Below, piece after piece: positions 22,938 through 35,929 of a DNA stretch of 64,000 bases; the stretch's first letter is position 1; each line of letters starts with the position of its first letter. The translations under genes were made by a program, and so were the position numbers. The stretch spans positions 9,610,001-9,674,000 of the forward strand of contig NC_043007.1 in the NCBI RefSeq assembly GCF_006345805.1. Reading direction: 5' to 3'. The DNA is from Octopus sinensis. Lineage: Eukaryota. Below the pieces are notes generated by a model, which was given only the letters and a program-made list of their open reading frames with translations, was not told where the DNA came from and ran no database searches.

Positions 22938-23282
22938 AAACGCCTTTGTGTCGATCGTATTCTTTCCCTTCGTTCTCTCCTAATATTTCTTTATCGTTCA
23001 CATATTCCGCACTATATATATTTCAACGTATTACGAATTTCTTTTACCATATACCCTAGGTCCAAATAATCTATGAATGCATTTATATTCGAGAGTATAT
23101 GCGTGTGTGTGTGTCCCCCCATCTGTGTCACTGTGTGTACACGTGTATGTGTGTGTGTGTGTGTGCGTATGTGCGTGGGAGTTTATATATCTATATATCT
23201 AAATTTTTGCGTTTATATTTATATTTATTTATGCATAAAACTAAAGATTTTACATATCGACGGAACAATGCATATTAACTAG

Positions 23283-23950
23283 ATCTGATCAATAAGTGCC
23301 CGGACTGCTGCTATAGTAACGAAGCAGAAGCACGAAGGGTAAAACCGCTTGGCAAAGATTGACCTTGGACTCTGCTGTGCATGGGCGCTAAGTTTCAACA
23401 TTCAAACTCACTGTTTACAGAAGTGCTTAGAAGGAATGTGTGTAGCGTGCGATCATCGCATTGACTAAGACAGATTAAATTGTCATGGGGATCCCTGCTC
23501 AGAGGCCTACGGAAAGTTGCAGAAAGTGTAAGGAGAAGAGTGTATGAACCGCCCACAAATGTACGAGAAGTTCAGACGTTTCGAAGATGGCTGAAAAAAT
23601 GTCCGTATTAACGAAAGTTTTGGGAGACCTGCAACCAGCAAAACAGAGATAAACATCGCAAACATGCGTGCAGCTGTGAGGGAAATCATCGAATCCTCAT
23701 CTGTGAGTTATCAGAGGTGGCGCAGATTAGGTACGGTTCAGTTCAGTCCATTACCACTGAAGATTTGAGTATGAGATGCATGTCTGCCAAGTTTGTATCA
23801 AAACTGCTTTCAGCTGACCATGAAGACACTCGGGTTTCCGTTGCACAAGATCTCCTTGATTGTGTCGAGAACGATGAAAACTTTTTGAAAACTTTGCGTG
23901 AGCCTCTGCGCAGGTATCGCCAAGCTTTTGGCCAAAAATGATGCAGAATC
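23283..23950 (+). mobile_element. Mariner-derived element with two 5' ends (diverged, truncated copy)
   Basis: TCTGATCAATAAG TIR, YEKFRRFEDG/SGRP-like coding relic, same inversion junction (AACTTTG, 23890-23896) as 42786-43662. Confidence 0.75.
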
Positions 23951-23951
23951 T

Positions 23952-24139
23952 CTTAATCGAACAAGTCGACCCCAGGACTTATCTTTTACAAGCCTGGTGC
24001 TTATTCTATCGGTCACTTTTGTCCGCCAAGTTATGGGGACTTAAATGCACCAGTATCGGTTGTCGGGGTGGGGACAAAGACGCACACAAAACCTTACACA
24101 CACACACACACACACACACACAAATATATATATATATAT

Positions 24140-24182
<43 letters not shown>

Positions 24183-24535
24183 GAGACAGAGAGTGAGAGA
24201 CAGAGAGAAAGAGAGAGAGAGAAATGTAGTTAAACGCATGTGTTATTCAAATCTTTGAGATTTCAAAGATTTGAATAACACTTATATTTAACTCTATTTC
24301 TTTGTTTATCTGTTATACGAGAACATCTCACTAAACCCTGGAATTTCTACCTTTATAAGTAGGCTGTAACATCCTTGGTACTCATGACAATTTTTTGCTA
24401 CCCTGGTAACTATTTATCTATCACAAGGCTTTCATCGGCCCGAGGCTACAGTAGAAGACAATTGCTCAAAGTGCTACGAAGTGGGACTGAACCCGGAACC
24501 CTGTGGTTGGTAAGCAAGCCACTCCTGCGCCTTCT
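23952..24535 (-). mobile_element. Fragmented SINE-A copy (3' part 23952-24140, head 24423-24535)
   Basis: CGACCCCAGGACTTAT and CAAGGCTTT..GGCCCGAGGCTA..GCCACTCCTGCGCC motifs. Confidence 0.65.
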
Positions 24536-24747
24536 TAACCTCATTTAAATTACTGGTATACAGAGGAAAGAAAAAGTATAATTCTATATAATACAAATTC
24601 TATAGACGGAGTGAATTTGCCTGTCCTTTTCGACCAAAGAAGGCGGTGGGGCTATCTGCATGATCGAATCAGCTGATGACCAGGTCTGTTCCACACGTGT
24701 TAGCAAGTCGATCTGTGAGCATCTCATGTAGGCCCAGCAGGCGACAT

Positions 24748-24782
<35 letters not shown>

Positions 24783-24817
24783 TTATTAGCATTATTATTA
24801 TTATTATACTAAACTGA

Positions 24818-25204
24818 TTGTGGAGGCGCAATGGCCCAGTGGTTAGGGCAGCGGACTCGCGGTCGTAGGATCGCGGTTTCGATTCCCAGACCGGGCGTTG
24901 TGAGTGTTTATTGAGCGAAAACACCTAAAAGCTCCACAAGGCTCCGGCAGGGATGGTGGTGATCCCTGCTGTACTCTTTCACCACAACTTTCTCTCACTC
25001 TTACTTCCTGTTTCTGTTGTACCTGTATTTCAAAGGGCCGGCCTTGTCACTCTCTGTGTCACGCTGAATATCCCCGAGAACTACGTTAAGGGTACACGTA
25101 TCTGTGGAGTGCTCAGCCACTTACACGTTAATTTCACGAGCAGGCTGTTCCGTTGATTCGGATCAACCGGAACCCTCGTCGTCGTAACCGACAGAGTGCT
25201 TCCC
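24818..25204 (+). mobile_element. Full-length SINE-B
   Basis: 12-bp TSD ATACTAAACTGA at 24806-24817 and 25205-25216; near-identical to 43701-44080. Confidence 0.95.
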
Positions 25205-25678
25205 ATACTAAACTGACAATTGCCCCCCCCCCAGCCTTAATAGCACAGCCAGGAAATGGATTTGTAGAAAGTGTTCTGGAAAAGTTTATGAATATATATT
25301 GCAAGATTCCTGATATGAAATATGTGTTGAAATAGATATTGTTATATTTCGAGACGGTCATTTTTTTTTTGCCAAATGAACACATCCACTATATGTTTGT
25401 TATTCACTCATTTATTATTGTTTTTATTTTATCTTATATCCATTCTCTGGAAATATTTTGTCACATATTTGTGACCCCTCCAGCGACCCTTAACATCCAC
25501 GTGTATCCTTCTGCTCCGCTTAGTCCAATTCTGTCCTTCTATAATATGTATCCTTATCTGCGCATGCGTTTGCGTCTGTTTCTCTATGAGTGTGCGCGCG
25601 TGCAATCGTGCGTGTGCGTACACGTGACTATGTGTTTCGCACATGCGCTTATGTGAATATAGGCTTGCCCCTTTCCAG

Positions 25679-25809
25679 AAAAGTCCAAGCAGCTGATTAT
25701 CCTGGATGCCCGGAGTTTTTGCGAGTACTCTGTAACCTTACACATCTCTAAATATCTGCAAGACGTCATGGCGGAAAACACCGACCGCGTGGCCAAGAGA
25801 CAGGCCGAT
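25679..25809 (+). CDS. Internal coding exon of an unidentified host gene (KSKQLIILDARSFCEYSVTLHISKYLQDVMAENTDRVAKRQAD)
   Basis: Acceptor CTTGCCCCTTTCCAG and donor GTGAGC; only one frame open; 29 of 43 codons end in G/C in an AT-rich background. Confidence 0.75.
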
Positions 25810-27069
25810 GTGAGCGCATGACGGCATTCAAGGTGCTAACCATCCTACTTCGGCGTCCAATAAAATCAGCAACAACAACAACAACAGTAGCTGCAACAAG
25901 AAGAATAACAACAACAATAATCTAAGTTATGGATGTGAATCCACGAGTCAGGCCATAATTTGCTAAGATCGCGTCAAAATAAACACATCGCACCATTCCG
26001 TTGAGGAAATATAATGTTGCGAGAAGAGAGACAAATACGTTAATAAAACAAAACAAAATACGAGAGGAATTTTTTTAAATTGGTTCGACGTTCTAACGGT
26101 GTTATGTTAAATCTCCATTGCAATTCTAAGATGTACGCTCAAAATGTCTTACACAACTGTTATGGAAAGAAAGCAAAGTAGCACAGATATAGAAATTCTA
26201 TGCAGTGGATAAAGACATATTCAGTTCCTATGGTTTATTTGTTTTAGTTATCGGACAGTGGCTATGCGGGGTTACCACATTGAAGAATACAGAATCGTCC
26301 AAATCGAGACCAGATCTTATGTTAAAATTTGTTACTTATTCAATCGTTCTCTTGTAACGATCGATAATTTACGAAGTCGTAAACAAATGAACATCGGTTG
26401 TCATGTGGCGGAAGTGTACAAACACACACACACACACATAACACACACACATACATACATACATACATACATACATACATGCATACATACATACATACAT
26501 ACATACATACACGCATACATAAAATAAAACATAAAATTTTCACGTATACATACATATATACATACAAAAATACCCTGTTGATACCGAAATTCTAATGAAG
26601 GAGCCTTAAATCTAGGTTAGACATCTGCTCTTTCTCTATTGGCATGAAATCTTGAAATAAAATTGAATAATTACGTACATACTAACATACATATAAAATA
26701 TACATATACTGGGCCTCCATACAGTTTCTGCGATTCAAATTCACTCCCGAGGTCTTGGTTTGCCCTATAGTAAAGGACATTTTCTGAAGGTGTTGTACTG
26801 TGGAACTGAACACGAAACTACGCGGCTGTAAAGTGAGCCCTTTAATCACACTAAGTACACAAAGATCATGACTACCTTCCACAAGCAAGTACCCCACATT
26901 CAGTTACTAGAGATTGAGGGCTCCGAAAGAGCTCCTCAACTAATTGGGTGTCCGAGTGAGTATGAACCCGAGCGTCCTTTTAGTTCTGCTAGAATACCTC
27001 ATATGCTAGGATACGGATATTCATATTCTTTACCGGCAATCTGTGTATTTAATGCTCTCATATTTAGAG

Positions 27070-27995
27070 GGAGACTTAGCAAAATATTTCTGGATGCATA
27101 TTGTAGTATGGACAGACATTATAAAGGCTTACGACATGTTGCCGCGTTCGTGGATTATCGAAACACTCGACATGTGTGGACTAGCTGAGAACGTGTGTGC
27201 ACTGATTAAGAACAGCAGCTTAGTTGGAAAACGGGTTTTTCTTGTAACAATCAGCACTTAGCCGAGGTAATAATCAAGAGAGGTATCTTCCAAGGTGACT
27301 CATGTTCACCTCTGTTATTTGTTATAGTCTTGATCCCACTTTCAGTAGTCCTATGTAATATCAACGCGCACTATGAGCTGAGAAAGAATGTACCTCGTCT
27401 CAACCACCTTCTCTCCATGGATGGTTTAAAACTGTTCGCAATAACAGAGGCTGAAATGTAGAGGCTGGTCGAGACTGTGAAATGGGAAGCAAGAATATAG
27501 GGACGGAATTTGATGTCTTGAAGTGTGCTGTGCTTACTTTGAAGCGAGGGAAAAAAGTAAATTGTAGGGGCATAGAATTACCAGACGGAGAGAGAGTGGA
27601 AGATCCGGATGATGATGGGTACAAGTATCTTGATATCCTGGAGCTGAACAATATGTTGCACAAAGAAATGAATGACAAGATCATCGCTGCATATTTCAAG
27701 CATCTCAAAGTTCTCTTGAAATCAAAACTCGACTCAAAGAACCTTGTGACTGCCATCAATATATGGGCTGTAGTGCACCCATCCTGAAATGCACACAAAC
27801 GGAGATTGACAAACTCGACCGCGCTACCCGAAAGATAATAAGAGTGCATAGAACCCTCCACCCTATGGTAAATGTACACAGGTTCTATATGACGAGAGGT
27901 AACAGTGGACGCAGGCTGCTTAGCGTACGGGAGTGAATCAGCAGTGAAAGAAGAAACATGGCAGAATGTTTAGTAAACAGCAAAAAAGACTATGC
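27070..27995 (+). pseudogene. R4/Dong-like (RLE-type) LINE RT fragment
   Basis: KAYD, RGIFQGDSCSPLLF, NHLLSMDGLKL, GYKYLDILE and KSKLDSKNLVTAINIWAV; followed by (TAA)n. Confidence 0.85.
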
Positions 27996-28032
27996 TACGT
28001 CAATAATAATAATAAAAATTAAAATAATAATG

Positions 28033-28092
<60 letters not shown>

Positions 28093-28100
28093 TAAATAAT

Positions 28101-28460
28101 AATATTGTGTACTGATGACAACGTGTCTCTAAAAGAAATGGAGAAACTCTCAAAATACAAAGACCTGGAAATAGAGGTAACCAGAATGTGGAATCTAAAA
28201 ACAGAAACAATTCCTATCATAGTAGGTGCATTAGGCATGATTAAAAAATTATTCAGACAAATACATAACAAAAACACCAGGACTTACAAACACATATAAC
28301 ATACAGAAAATTGCACTACTAGGCACTACACACATCCCACGCAGAACACTTTCCATACAATAACCATCAGAGCATCACAACAAATCACAGCACATACCCA
28401 AGACACACAGAGCTACGCTCGGTAGTGAAGTGAAAGCACGCTATAAAAATAAAACTACTA

Positions 28461-28494
<34 letters not shown>
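28101..28494 (+). mobile_element. R4/Dong-like LINE 3' end with (AAT)n tail
   Basis: KLSKYKDLEIEVTRMW...IPIIVGALG..IQKIALLGT; 3' UTR then (AAT)n. Confidence 0.85.
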
Positions 28495-28905
28495 TTTCCA
28501 TTTTGGCCACAAGGGCCGACAGACAAAATAAATACGGACAATACAACACAAGGACAAGTGTGGTGTGGCACAACGTCGAGTATACAATAAATAAAAGTAA
28601 TGATTAACAATAAAATAAAAAATAAAAATTCCCTAAATATGGAGAGTTCCTCACGGGGACAACCGAAGAGCCAAACGCTTTCTGGTTACCCCGAATGTCC
28701 AGAGTAGGCCAATTCTCATGGACCATTCTCGTCACATTCACTAACATTTCGAGAAATATACTGGTTGGAGGTGGGTGCAGAACTTTCATCTTCACCCTCA
28801 CTTGCTTTTTCAAGACCAGCTAATTGATCCCTCCCAACGCCCAAAGTTTCCCTAAGGACGTCGTCGCTCACGCCTGCCGCTAAGCACCTATAGAAATCCA
28901 TAGTG
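28495..28905 (-). mobile_element. Internally deleted 3' end of an L1/Tx1-like LINE
   Basis: TMDFYRCLAAGVSDDVLRETLGVGRDQLAG resembles TSVFYSRLVEAKNDDVLGGALGFDEDQLTR in the 13748-14263 ORF; a second block resembles the last ORF2 helix. Confidence 0.65.
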
Positions 28906-28984
28906 GACTTCCATCAACTGCACTGTCTGACTTGCAGAATGCTATAAGCTCTTGCCAAAACTCCAAATGGCAAGCTCTCTTTCT

Positions 28985-29712
28985 TAGTCTACGCTTGACA
29001 GGCACGATAGAGCTGCACCATATATTCACTGGGTAATCTGTAAAAACCTGGATTTGCCCCATGAAAAAAACTGGTGGGAACACAAACCACCCCCGGTGCT
29101 TGAAAATGACCACATCTCACTCCTCTGGAACTTCACCATTCAAACTGACAGGAAGATAGATGCAAATAGGCCAGACATCATATTGAAAGACTTCAAACAA
29201 AGAACATGCCTCCTCATTGATATGACTGTCCCAATCGATATAAACGTATCTGTCAAGACCTACCAAAAACTGAGCAAATATAAAGATCTTGAAATAGAAA
29301 TCAGCAAAATGTGGAAGCTGAAGACTAAAACAATACCTGTTGTCATAGGTGCCCTGGGAATGATAGCAAAAGGGGCTGATAGCTACCTAACTCAGATACC
29401 AGGAAACCCAAAAATGGCAGAAGTTCAAAAGATAGTGCTCATGGGAACTGCTCATATCCTACGCAAAATACTCTCTATGTAATCTCAAGGTTTAAAACAA
29501 ACATAATTTTCGGTTTAAAAAAAAAAAAAAAAACCTTTTTTTTTTTAGACATTCATTAGTACAACATCCCCACCCCCCAAATATATGGCACACTAGGCAT
29601 AACAACAACATGAACTTCCAACCCTGTTGTCTCTTGAGGTCTCTGGGTGAGACTTGGAGCCAACTTGTACAAATATAAAGCAAACGTCAAACATAGAATA
29701 ATAATAATAATA

Positions 29713-29741
<29 letters not shown>
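28985..29741 (+). mobile_element. R4/Dong-like LINE 3' end with restriction-like endonuclease and (AAT)n tail
   Basis: RHDRAAPYIHW, LLWNFTIQTDRKIDANRPDII..LIDMTVP..KYKDL (PD-(D/E)xK type); stop at 29480-29482. Confidence 0.9.
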
Positions 29742-29743
<2 letters not shown>

Positions 29744-30120
29744 GCTAATAGAAATTGATAAAATGTGGCATCTCAAGGCGACTACAGTACCAGTGATTGT
29801 AGGATCTCTAGGAATGATAAAAAAAGGTACTGAAACCTATTTGAAAATGATTCCAGGCTTACCATCCCTACAGGAAGTGCAAAAAATCGTATTAACTGGA
29901 ACGGTTCATGTACTGAGAAGAGCACTATCGCTGTGAAAATAACATCCATCCATGAATTTATTTTATTATTAATTTTGAAATACATATTTTATCTGTGAAT
30001 TTGCGCGTGTAATCTGGGAGTGCATACAATGCCCTTCTCTGCTGTAGGTGTATGGAAAACACTCGGCGAGAAACGGAAGAAAATTTGAAGAAAGAAGGAA
30101 AAAACATAATAATAATAATA
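29742..30120 (+). mobile_element. R4/Dong-like LINE extreme 3' end
   Basis: IEIDKMWHLKATTVPVIVGSLG..EVQKIVLTGT; starts inside the previous (AAT)n and ends in (AAT)n/(AGT)n. Confidence 0.85.
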
Positions 30121-30121
30121 A

Positions 30122-30177
<56 letters not shown>

Positions 30178-30178
<1 letters not shown>

Positions 30179-30515
30179 CAGCATTTTCTGAGACCGCCTT
30201 CGTTCATGACTGACCATGGGATTGCATCTAGAAAGTTACCCTCCGAGGCACAAATCCGGTCAAGTTGCTGGATAACCAGCAGTGGCCCATGCATACCGGC
30301 TTCCCCTCTCCACGCCACCAGTGTTATCCAAGTGAAAGGCAAAGGGCGAAGCAGCTTGGCACCAGTCACGTCGCAACTCATTTCTACAGCTGAGTGAACT
30401 GGAGCAACGTCAAATAAAGTGTCTTCCTCAAGAACACAACAGGCAGCCCGGTCGGGATTCGAACTCACAACCTCGGGATCGTAATCTCGACGCTCTAACC
30501 ACTGAGCCATGCGCC
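30178..30515 (-). mobile_element. Full-length SINE-D
   Basis: A box TGGCTCAGTGG, B box GTTCGAATCC and shared core; (AGT)n on both sides. Confidence 0.85.
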
Positions 30516-30808
30516 ATCACTGTAGTAGTAGTAGTAGTAGTAGTAAAATTATGTCCTCACACTACAGAGTGTATGCTTCTTCTATCGTATGCTACCGGCC
30601 CGTCACGTTGCAAGTGCTTTTAGGGGAGACGTTATGCAAAACGCGATGCTTTAATTTAGTTGAGCTCCGTTAAAAAAATCTAAAATCCTGCTAGTGACAC
30701 CTACTGGCAGCAGGTTGGTTCAAATTTTAGCAAAAGGTCAGCAAATTGAGGGCAGGTTTTAAAAGCTGATTACATCGATAGTGCTCAAACGGTATTTATA
30801 TTTATATT

Positions 30809-31050
30809 AAAGGCGGCGAGCTGGCAGAAACATTAGCACGTCGGGCGAAATGCTTAGCGGTATTTCGTCTGCCGCTACGTTGTGAGTTCAAATTCCGCCG
30901 AGGTCGACTTTGCCTTTCATGCTTTCAGGGTCGATAAATTAAGTACCAGTTACGCACTGGGGTCGATGTAATCGACTTAATACCTATGTCTGTCCTTGTT
31001 TGTCCCCTCTGTGTTTAGCCCCTTGTGGGTAATAAAGAAATAGGTATTTA
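30809..31050 (+). mobile_element. SINE-C copy
   Basis: AAGGCGGCGAGCTGGCAGAAAC head through AAAGAAATAGGTATTT. Confidence 0.9.
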
Positions 31051-31426
31051 TATTATAGACCGTGACAGGGTGAAGGGAAAAGTTAAGCTCGAAAGTATTT
31101 CAACTCAGAATATGAAAGAGCCGGAGCAAATGCTTTTAAGTATTTTGACCGACAGGCTAACGATTCTGACAACTTGCTTCCTCTAATATGTTTCAAATTT
31201 CGGCACAGGGCCAGTAATCTTCGAGTGGGTGAGCCATAACATTGACCCCAGTGCTCAACGGGTCCTTATTTTGTCGACATGATGTACAGTTGATCTCAGC
31301 CAGATTTGTTTGTTCTTTCTCAAGCCATGCCTGGTTCATAAGGGCCGATTTCCCGGTTTCCTTTGCATATAGGTTCCCCACATGGACGGGACGCAGTTCC
31401 GTCGCAGGTGAGCCAGATTTGAACTA

Positions 31427-31933
<507 letters not shown>

Positions 31934-32652
31934 TGAGAATATAAACTACCTTTCCAGAACAAATACCGCAAGGCATCGTGACCACTAATCAGTGATCTCG
32001 CGTTTTGGACATTTCTATACCTAAATCATTAGAACAAGACAACTCATTTATTATATTCACAGAAACTAATCAGAAATATCAAAGAAATAATACCGAAAAA
32101 TATTATGTAAACAGAATATGTTAATGTCAACACATATATACACACTGAATGTCACGTCTGCCGTATTAATCCTACTTCCTTGATTGCGTTTCACTTTCTA
32201 TTCCACGCGCATGCGCCCTCGCATTTACTCATATGGCTATGAAAATATACTTTCATATTCATACGTTTGTGTGTGAGTCAGTCGGTATTGGTGTATTTAC
32301 GCCTATCGTAGTTTTAGTTTGTGCTTGTGTGTACGTCACTACGTTATAATGGTTTATTGTTTCCTACGGTATATATAATTTCGCGTTTTACATACATTTT
32401 GTATATAAGCCTTGGTGTGAATGAGATTTTTATATGCGTACACACAGAGACACACTCAATCACTCATACACACACGTATATAGGTACATATATACATATA
32501 TACTCGCATTACCTCCGTACCCGCTCTGCCTCTCTCCCTTCTTACTGCCTAAGTATATAGCTATGTGTGCACAAGTGAATGTGTTTATGTATATATCTAT
32601 GTATATCTGTGCTTCTGAGTTACGTATATACACACACGCACACATATGCATC

Positions 32653-32740
<88 letters not shown>

Positions 32741-32765
32741 TGCATCATATATACAAATATATATA

Positions 32766-32815
<50 letters not shown>

Positions 32816-33069
32816 CAGACACACTCAGACAAAAGGCGTAAATACTCCTACAGACTCAGGAAAACACACACACACACACATATATATATACATACACTTA
32901 CACACTCGCACATACACACATCACAGAAACTCGTTGATGGATTTGTGTATGCGCGTTTATGTATTTATGTAGCTATGTATGTAAATATATATGTATATTT
33001 ATGTACGTATACATACGTGTATATATATATATATATGTATGTGTATATATATATATATATGTATATACA

Positions 33070-33136
<67 letters not shown>

Positions 33137-34126
33137 TACAGATAGATATAGATATATGCATGCATGTATGTATATATATCGAAGCGTATGTGAATGTGTA
33201 TGTATAAATGCACAATTAGATATACGATATATAAAAGGGTATTTTTTCAATCTTCTCTTCGTCAAACATACAAAAGCACTTATGACAACGAGATCAATAG
33301 GTATTAATGCCTGTAAAACTGTAATGGCATCATTCTGTAGTAAATGCCCTGATATCGACCATAAGTATAGTGGAAAACGAATGTTCTGTTTGATAAGCTT
33401 TTACTGTTACACACAATTGCCGTCAGCCATTTTAAAAAGCGGTTAGCAACACTCGAGAGCAATCTGCAGCGAAAGTATCCTTCGCTCTTGTTTCCATTTT
33501 TATTCTTCATCTTGTTTGTTGCTTTTTTTTGTTTTTGTTTCTATGGCGTTTTATCTTTTTTGTTGTTATCACGTAATGTGAACGCGAAAGAATATAGAGA
33601 CGGGTAAGTAAGTAAGCTACTTTCGCTTTCACCCCCCCCCCCACCTCCTTTATTCATGTGTTAGTCGAAGGCAAAAAGCCATTCCAGATAATACATTTAA
33701 TTGGAAGTGGTATTATTCTATGTCTAACTCTTTCTTTTAAAAATTCGGCTCTAAGGAAAACAGCCGGCCGGAACCGTGTTTACGATCCGAATCTTTCCTT
33801 TTTTTTTCGCTGGCCTCTAGACAGAAGCAGCGATAACTGACAGTCCAGGCTTATTGATGGATTACCACTGAATCTACAATATAATTATTTCTTATAAATG
33901 CCAGTGCCACATCGGAACTTGAGTTGTGGACCATGGAAATCCTTACAGCTTCTTTTCACTACCATTTGCTCGCTTTCAAGTTTTATTAGACAATGTGTAA
34001 CTAAAAATTATTGTTTCTGCGTAACATAACTACTATGCGTTATGCGCCAAAGCAAGATTCGTCTCAAAAAAATCGAGGTAAATCCAAACTTGGATCCTAA
34101 TGCAATAAAACGTAAAAGAAATCATG

Positions 34127-34697
34127 TATTTGGTTGTCCGGAAAGTTCGTGCTAATTTATATTAGCCTACCTTTCGACTTATTTTTAGAACATGGTTGAG
34201 TCGATAAAATAGGATTTTACTACACCTCCATTTAGAGCACAGTTGAAGCTATCTTTTCGTGGAAGAAGGTTTATGTTCCTATAACCTGTGTTAATTCTGT
34301 AACCCTTTAAAATGGAAGATAAGAAAGTCCATTTTCGGCATTTGATGCATTGAGAACCAGACAAAAATTGCTGCAGCTCGGCTGTGATGTGTTACCCCAC
34401 CCTCCATATTCACCACATATTGCTTCTAGGGATTTCCACTTATTCAGGTCTCTGCAGAATAGTCTTAATGGTAAAAATTTCAATTCTTTGGATGAAGTAA
34501 AAAGATATCTTGATGAATTGTTTGCCATGAAACCATCTCAGTTCTGGGAAGAGGGTATTTTCAAGTTAAAGGAAAGATGGAGATGCATTGTGCAACAAAA
34601 TAGTTCATATTTGGTTGATTAAAAATGTAATGGCAATTAATTATTGACCTTTTTCTTTCCTTTAAAAATCGACAAGAACTTTGCAGACAACCCAATA
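34127..34697 (+). mobile_element. Internally deleted mariner (MITE-like) with TIRs and TA TSD
   Basis: TATTTGGTTGTCCGGAAAGTTC versus GAACTTTGCAGACAACCCAATA; MEDKKVHFRHLM fused to PHPPYSPHIASRDFHLFRSLQN..KERW. Confidence 0.9.
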
Positions 34698-34964
34698 GTT
34701 TTATGTATGTCTTTTCTCTACATTATACTTTAATATTAAATACTACCGTTAACAAAAAATATATACGACTTGACTTTTCCTCAGTTACAATGGCGAGTGT
34801 CTCAGGTGAATCGATCAACAGCACAGTATGCTTATAACATTAACGTGCAAGTGGTTGAGTACTCCACAGATACACTTGGCTTTAGAATAGTTCCCGGAGA
34901 GATTCAACTTGACAGACAATGTGACAAGGCTACCCCTTTGAATTACAGATAAAACGCATTTTGG

Positions 34965-35300
34965 CCAGTCGAGTGGATTAGAGACTCGTGAAATAAAATG
35001 TCTTGCTCAAGGAAACGACGCACCACCACGAATCGAACCCGTGATTTTACGATCGTAATCCTTCACAATATATAAAAACCAGTGTTAAGGTAAACCCTGG
35101 AGATTATTGCTTGATCGCAACATTACCTCTGAATGGGACACCAGCCCGTCGTTGGGTTACTCATCTACATCTGAATGTCCTGGAGCAATGCCAGATGAAA
35201 TGTTTTGCTCAAGAACACAATGAAACATCCGATCAGGGAATCGAAAGCATGATCTTCTGATGGTGACTGCAACAATATTAACCACTAGGCCATGTGCCTT
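34965..35300 (-). mobile_element. Two degenerate SINE-D fragments
   Basis: AAATAAAATGTCTTGCTCAAGG and TGTTTTGCTCAAGAACAC cores with B-box-like GGAATCGAA. Confidence 0.55.
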
Positions 35301-35334
35301 CACATAATCTTTTCTACTCTAGGCACAATGCCCG

Positions 35335-35895
35335 AAATTTTTGTGGGGAAGGGTGCCAATCGATTAGATCGACCCCAGTACACAACTGGTACTTAATTTA
35401 TTGACCCTGAAAGGATGAAAGGCAAAGTCGACCGACCTTGGCGGAATTTGAACTCAGAACGTAAAGACAAAACTAAATACCTATTTCTTTACTACCCACA
35501 AGGGGCTAAACACAGAGAGGACAAACAAGGATAGACTAACGGATTAAGTCAATTATATCGACCCCAGTGCGTAACTGGTACTTATTTAATCGACCCCAAA
35601 GGGATGAATAGCAAAGTTGACCTCGGCGGAATTTGAACTCAGAACATAGCGGCAGACAAAATACCTATTTCTTTACTACCAAAAAGGAGCTAAACACAGA
35701 GAGGACAAACAAGGACAGACAAAGGGATTAAGTCGATTACATCGACCCCAGTGCGTAACTGGTACTTAATTTATCGACCCCGAAAGGATGAAAGGCAAAG
35801 TCGACCTGGGCGGAATTTGAACTCAGAACAGAAAGACAGGCGAAATACCGCTAAGCATTTCGCCCGGCATGCTAACGTTTCTGCCAGCTCGCCAC
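35335..35895 (-). mobile_element. SINE-C with a tandemly triplicated internal unit
   Basis: Three copies of ATCGACCCC..GGATGAA.GGCAAAGTCGACC..GGAATTTGAACTCAGAAC separated by the AAATACCTATTTCTTTACTACC junction. Confidence 0.9.
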
Positions 35896-35929
35896 CTTGT
35901 ACCGTCAAATAATCGGTGATATATAAATG

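Noticed and set aside
24605-24745. GC-richer segment after TTCTATAG as an exon
   Set aside because: All three plus frames stop before a donor; the minus frame has no recognisable motif.
26590-26630. CTAATGA...AGCCT/AGGTT...GACA as a hammerhead
   Set aside because: Both core strands are mutated and there is no convincing stem I.
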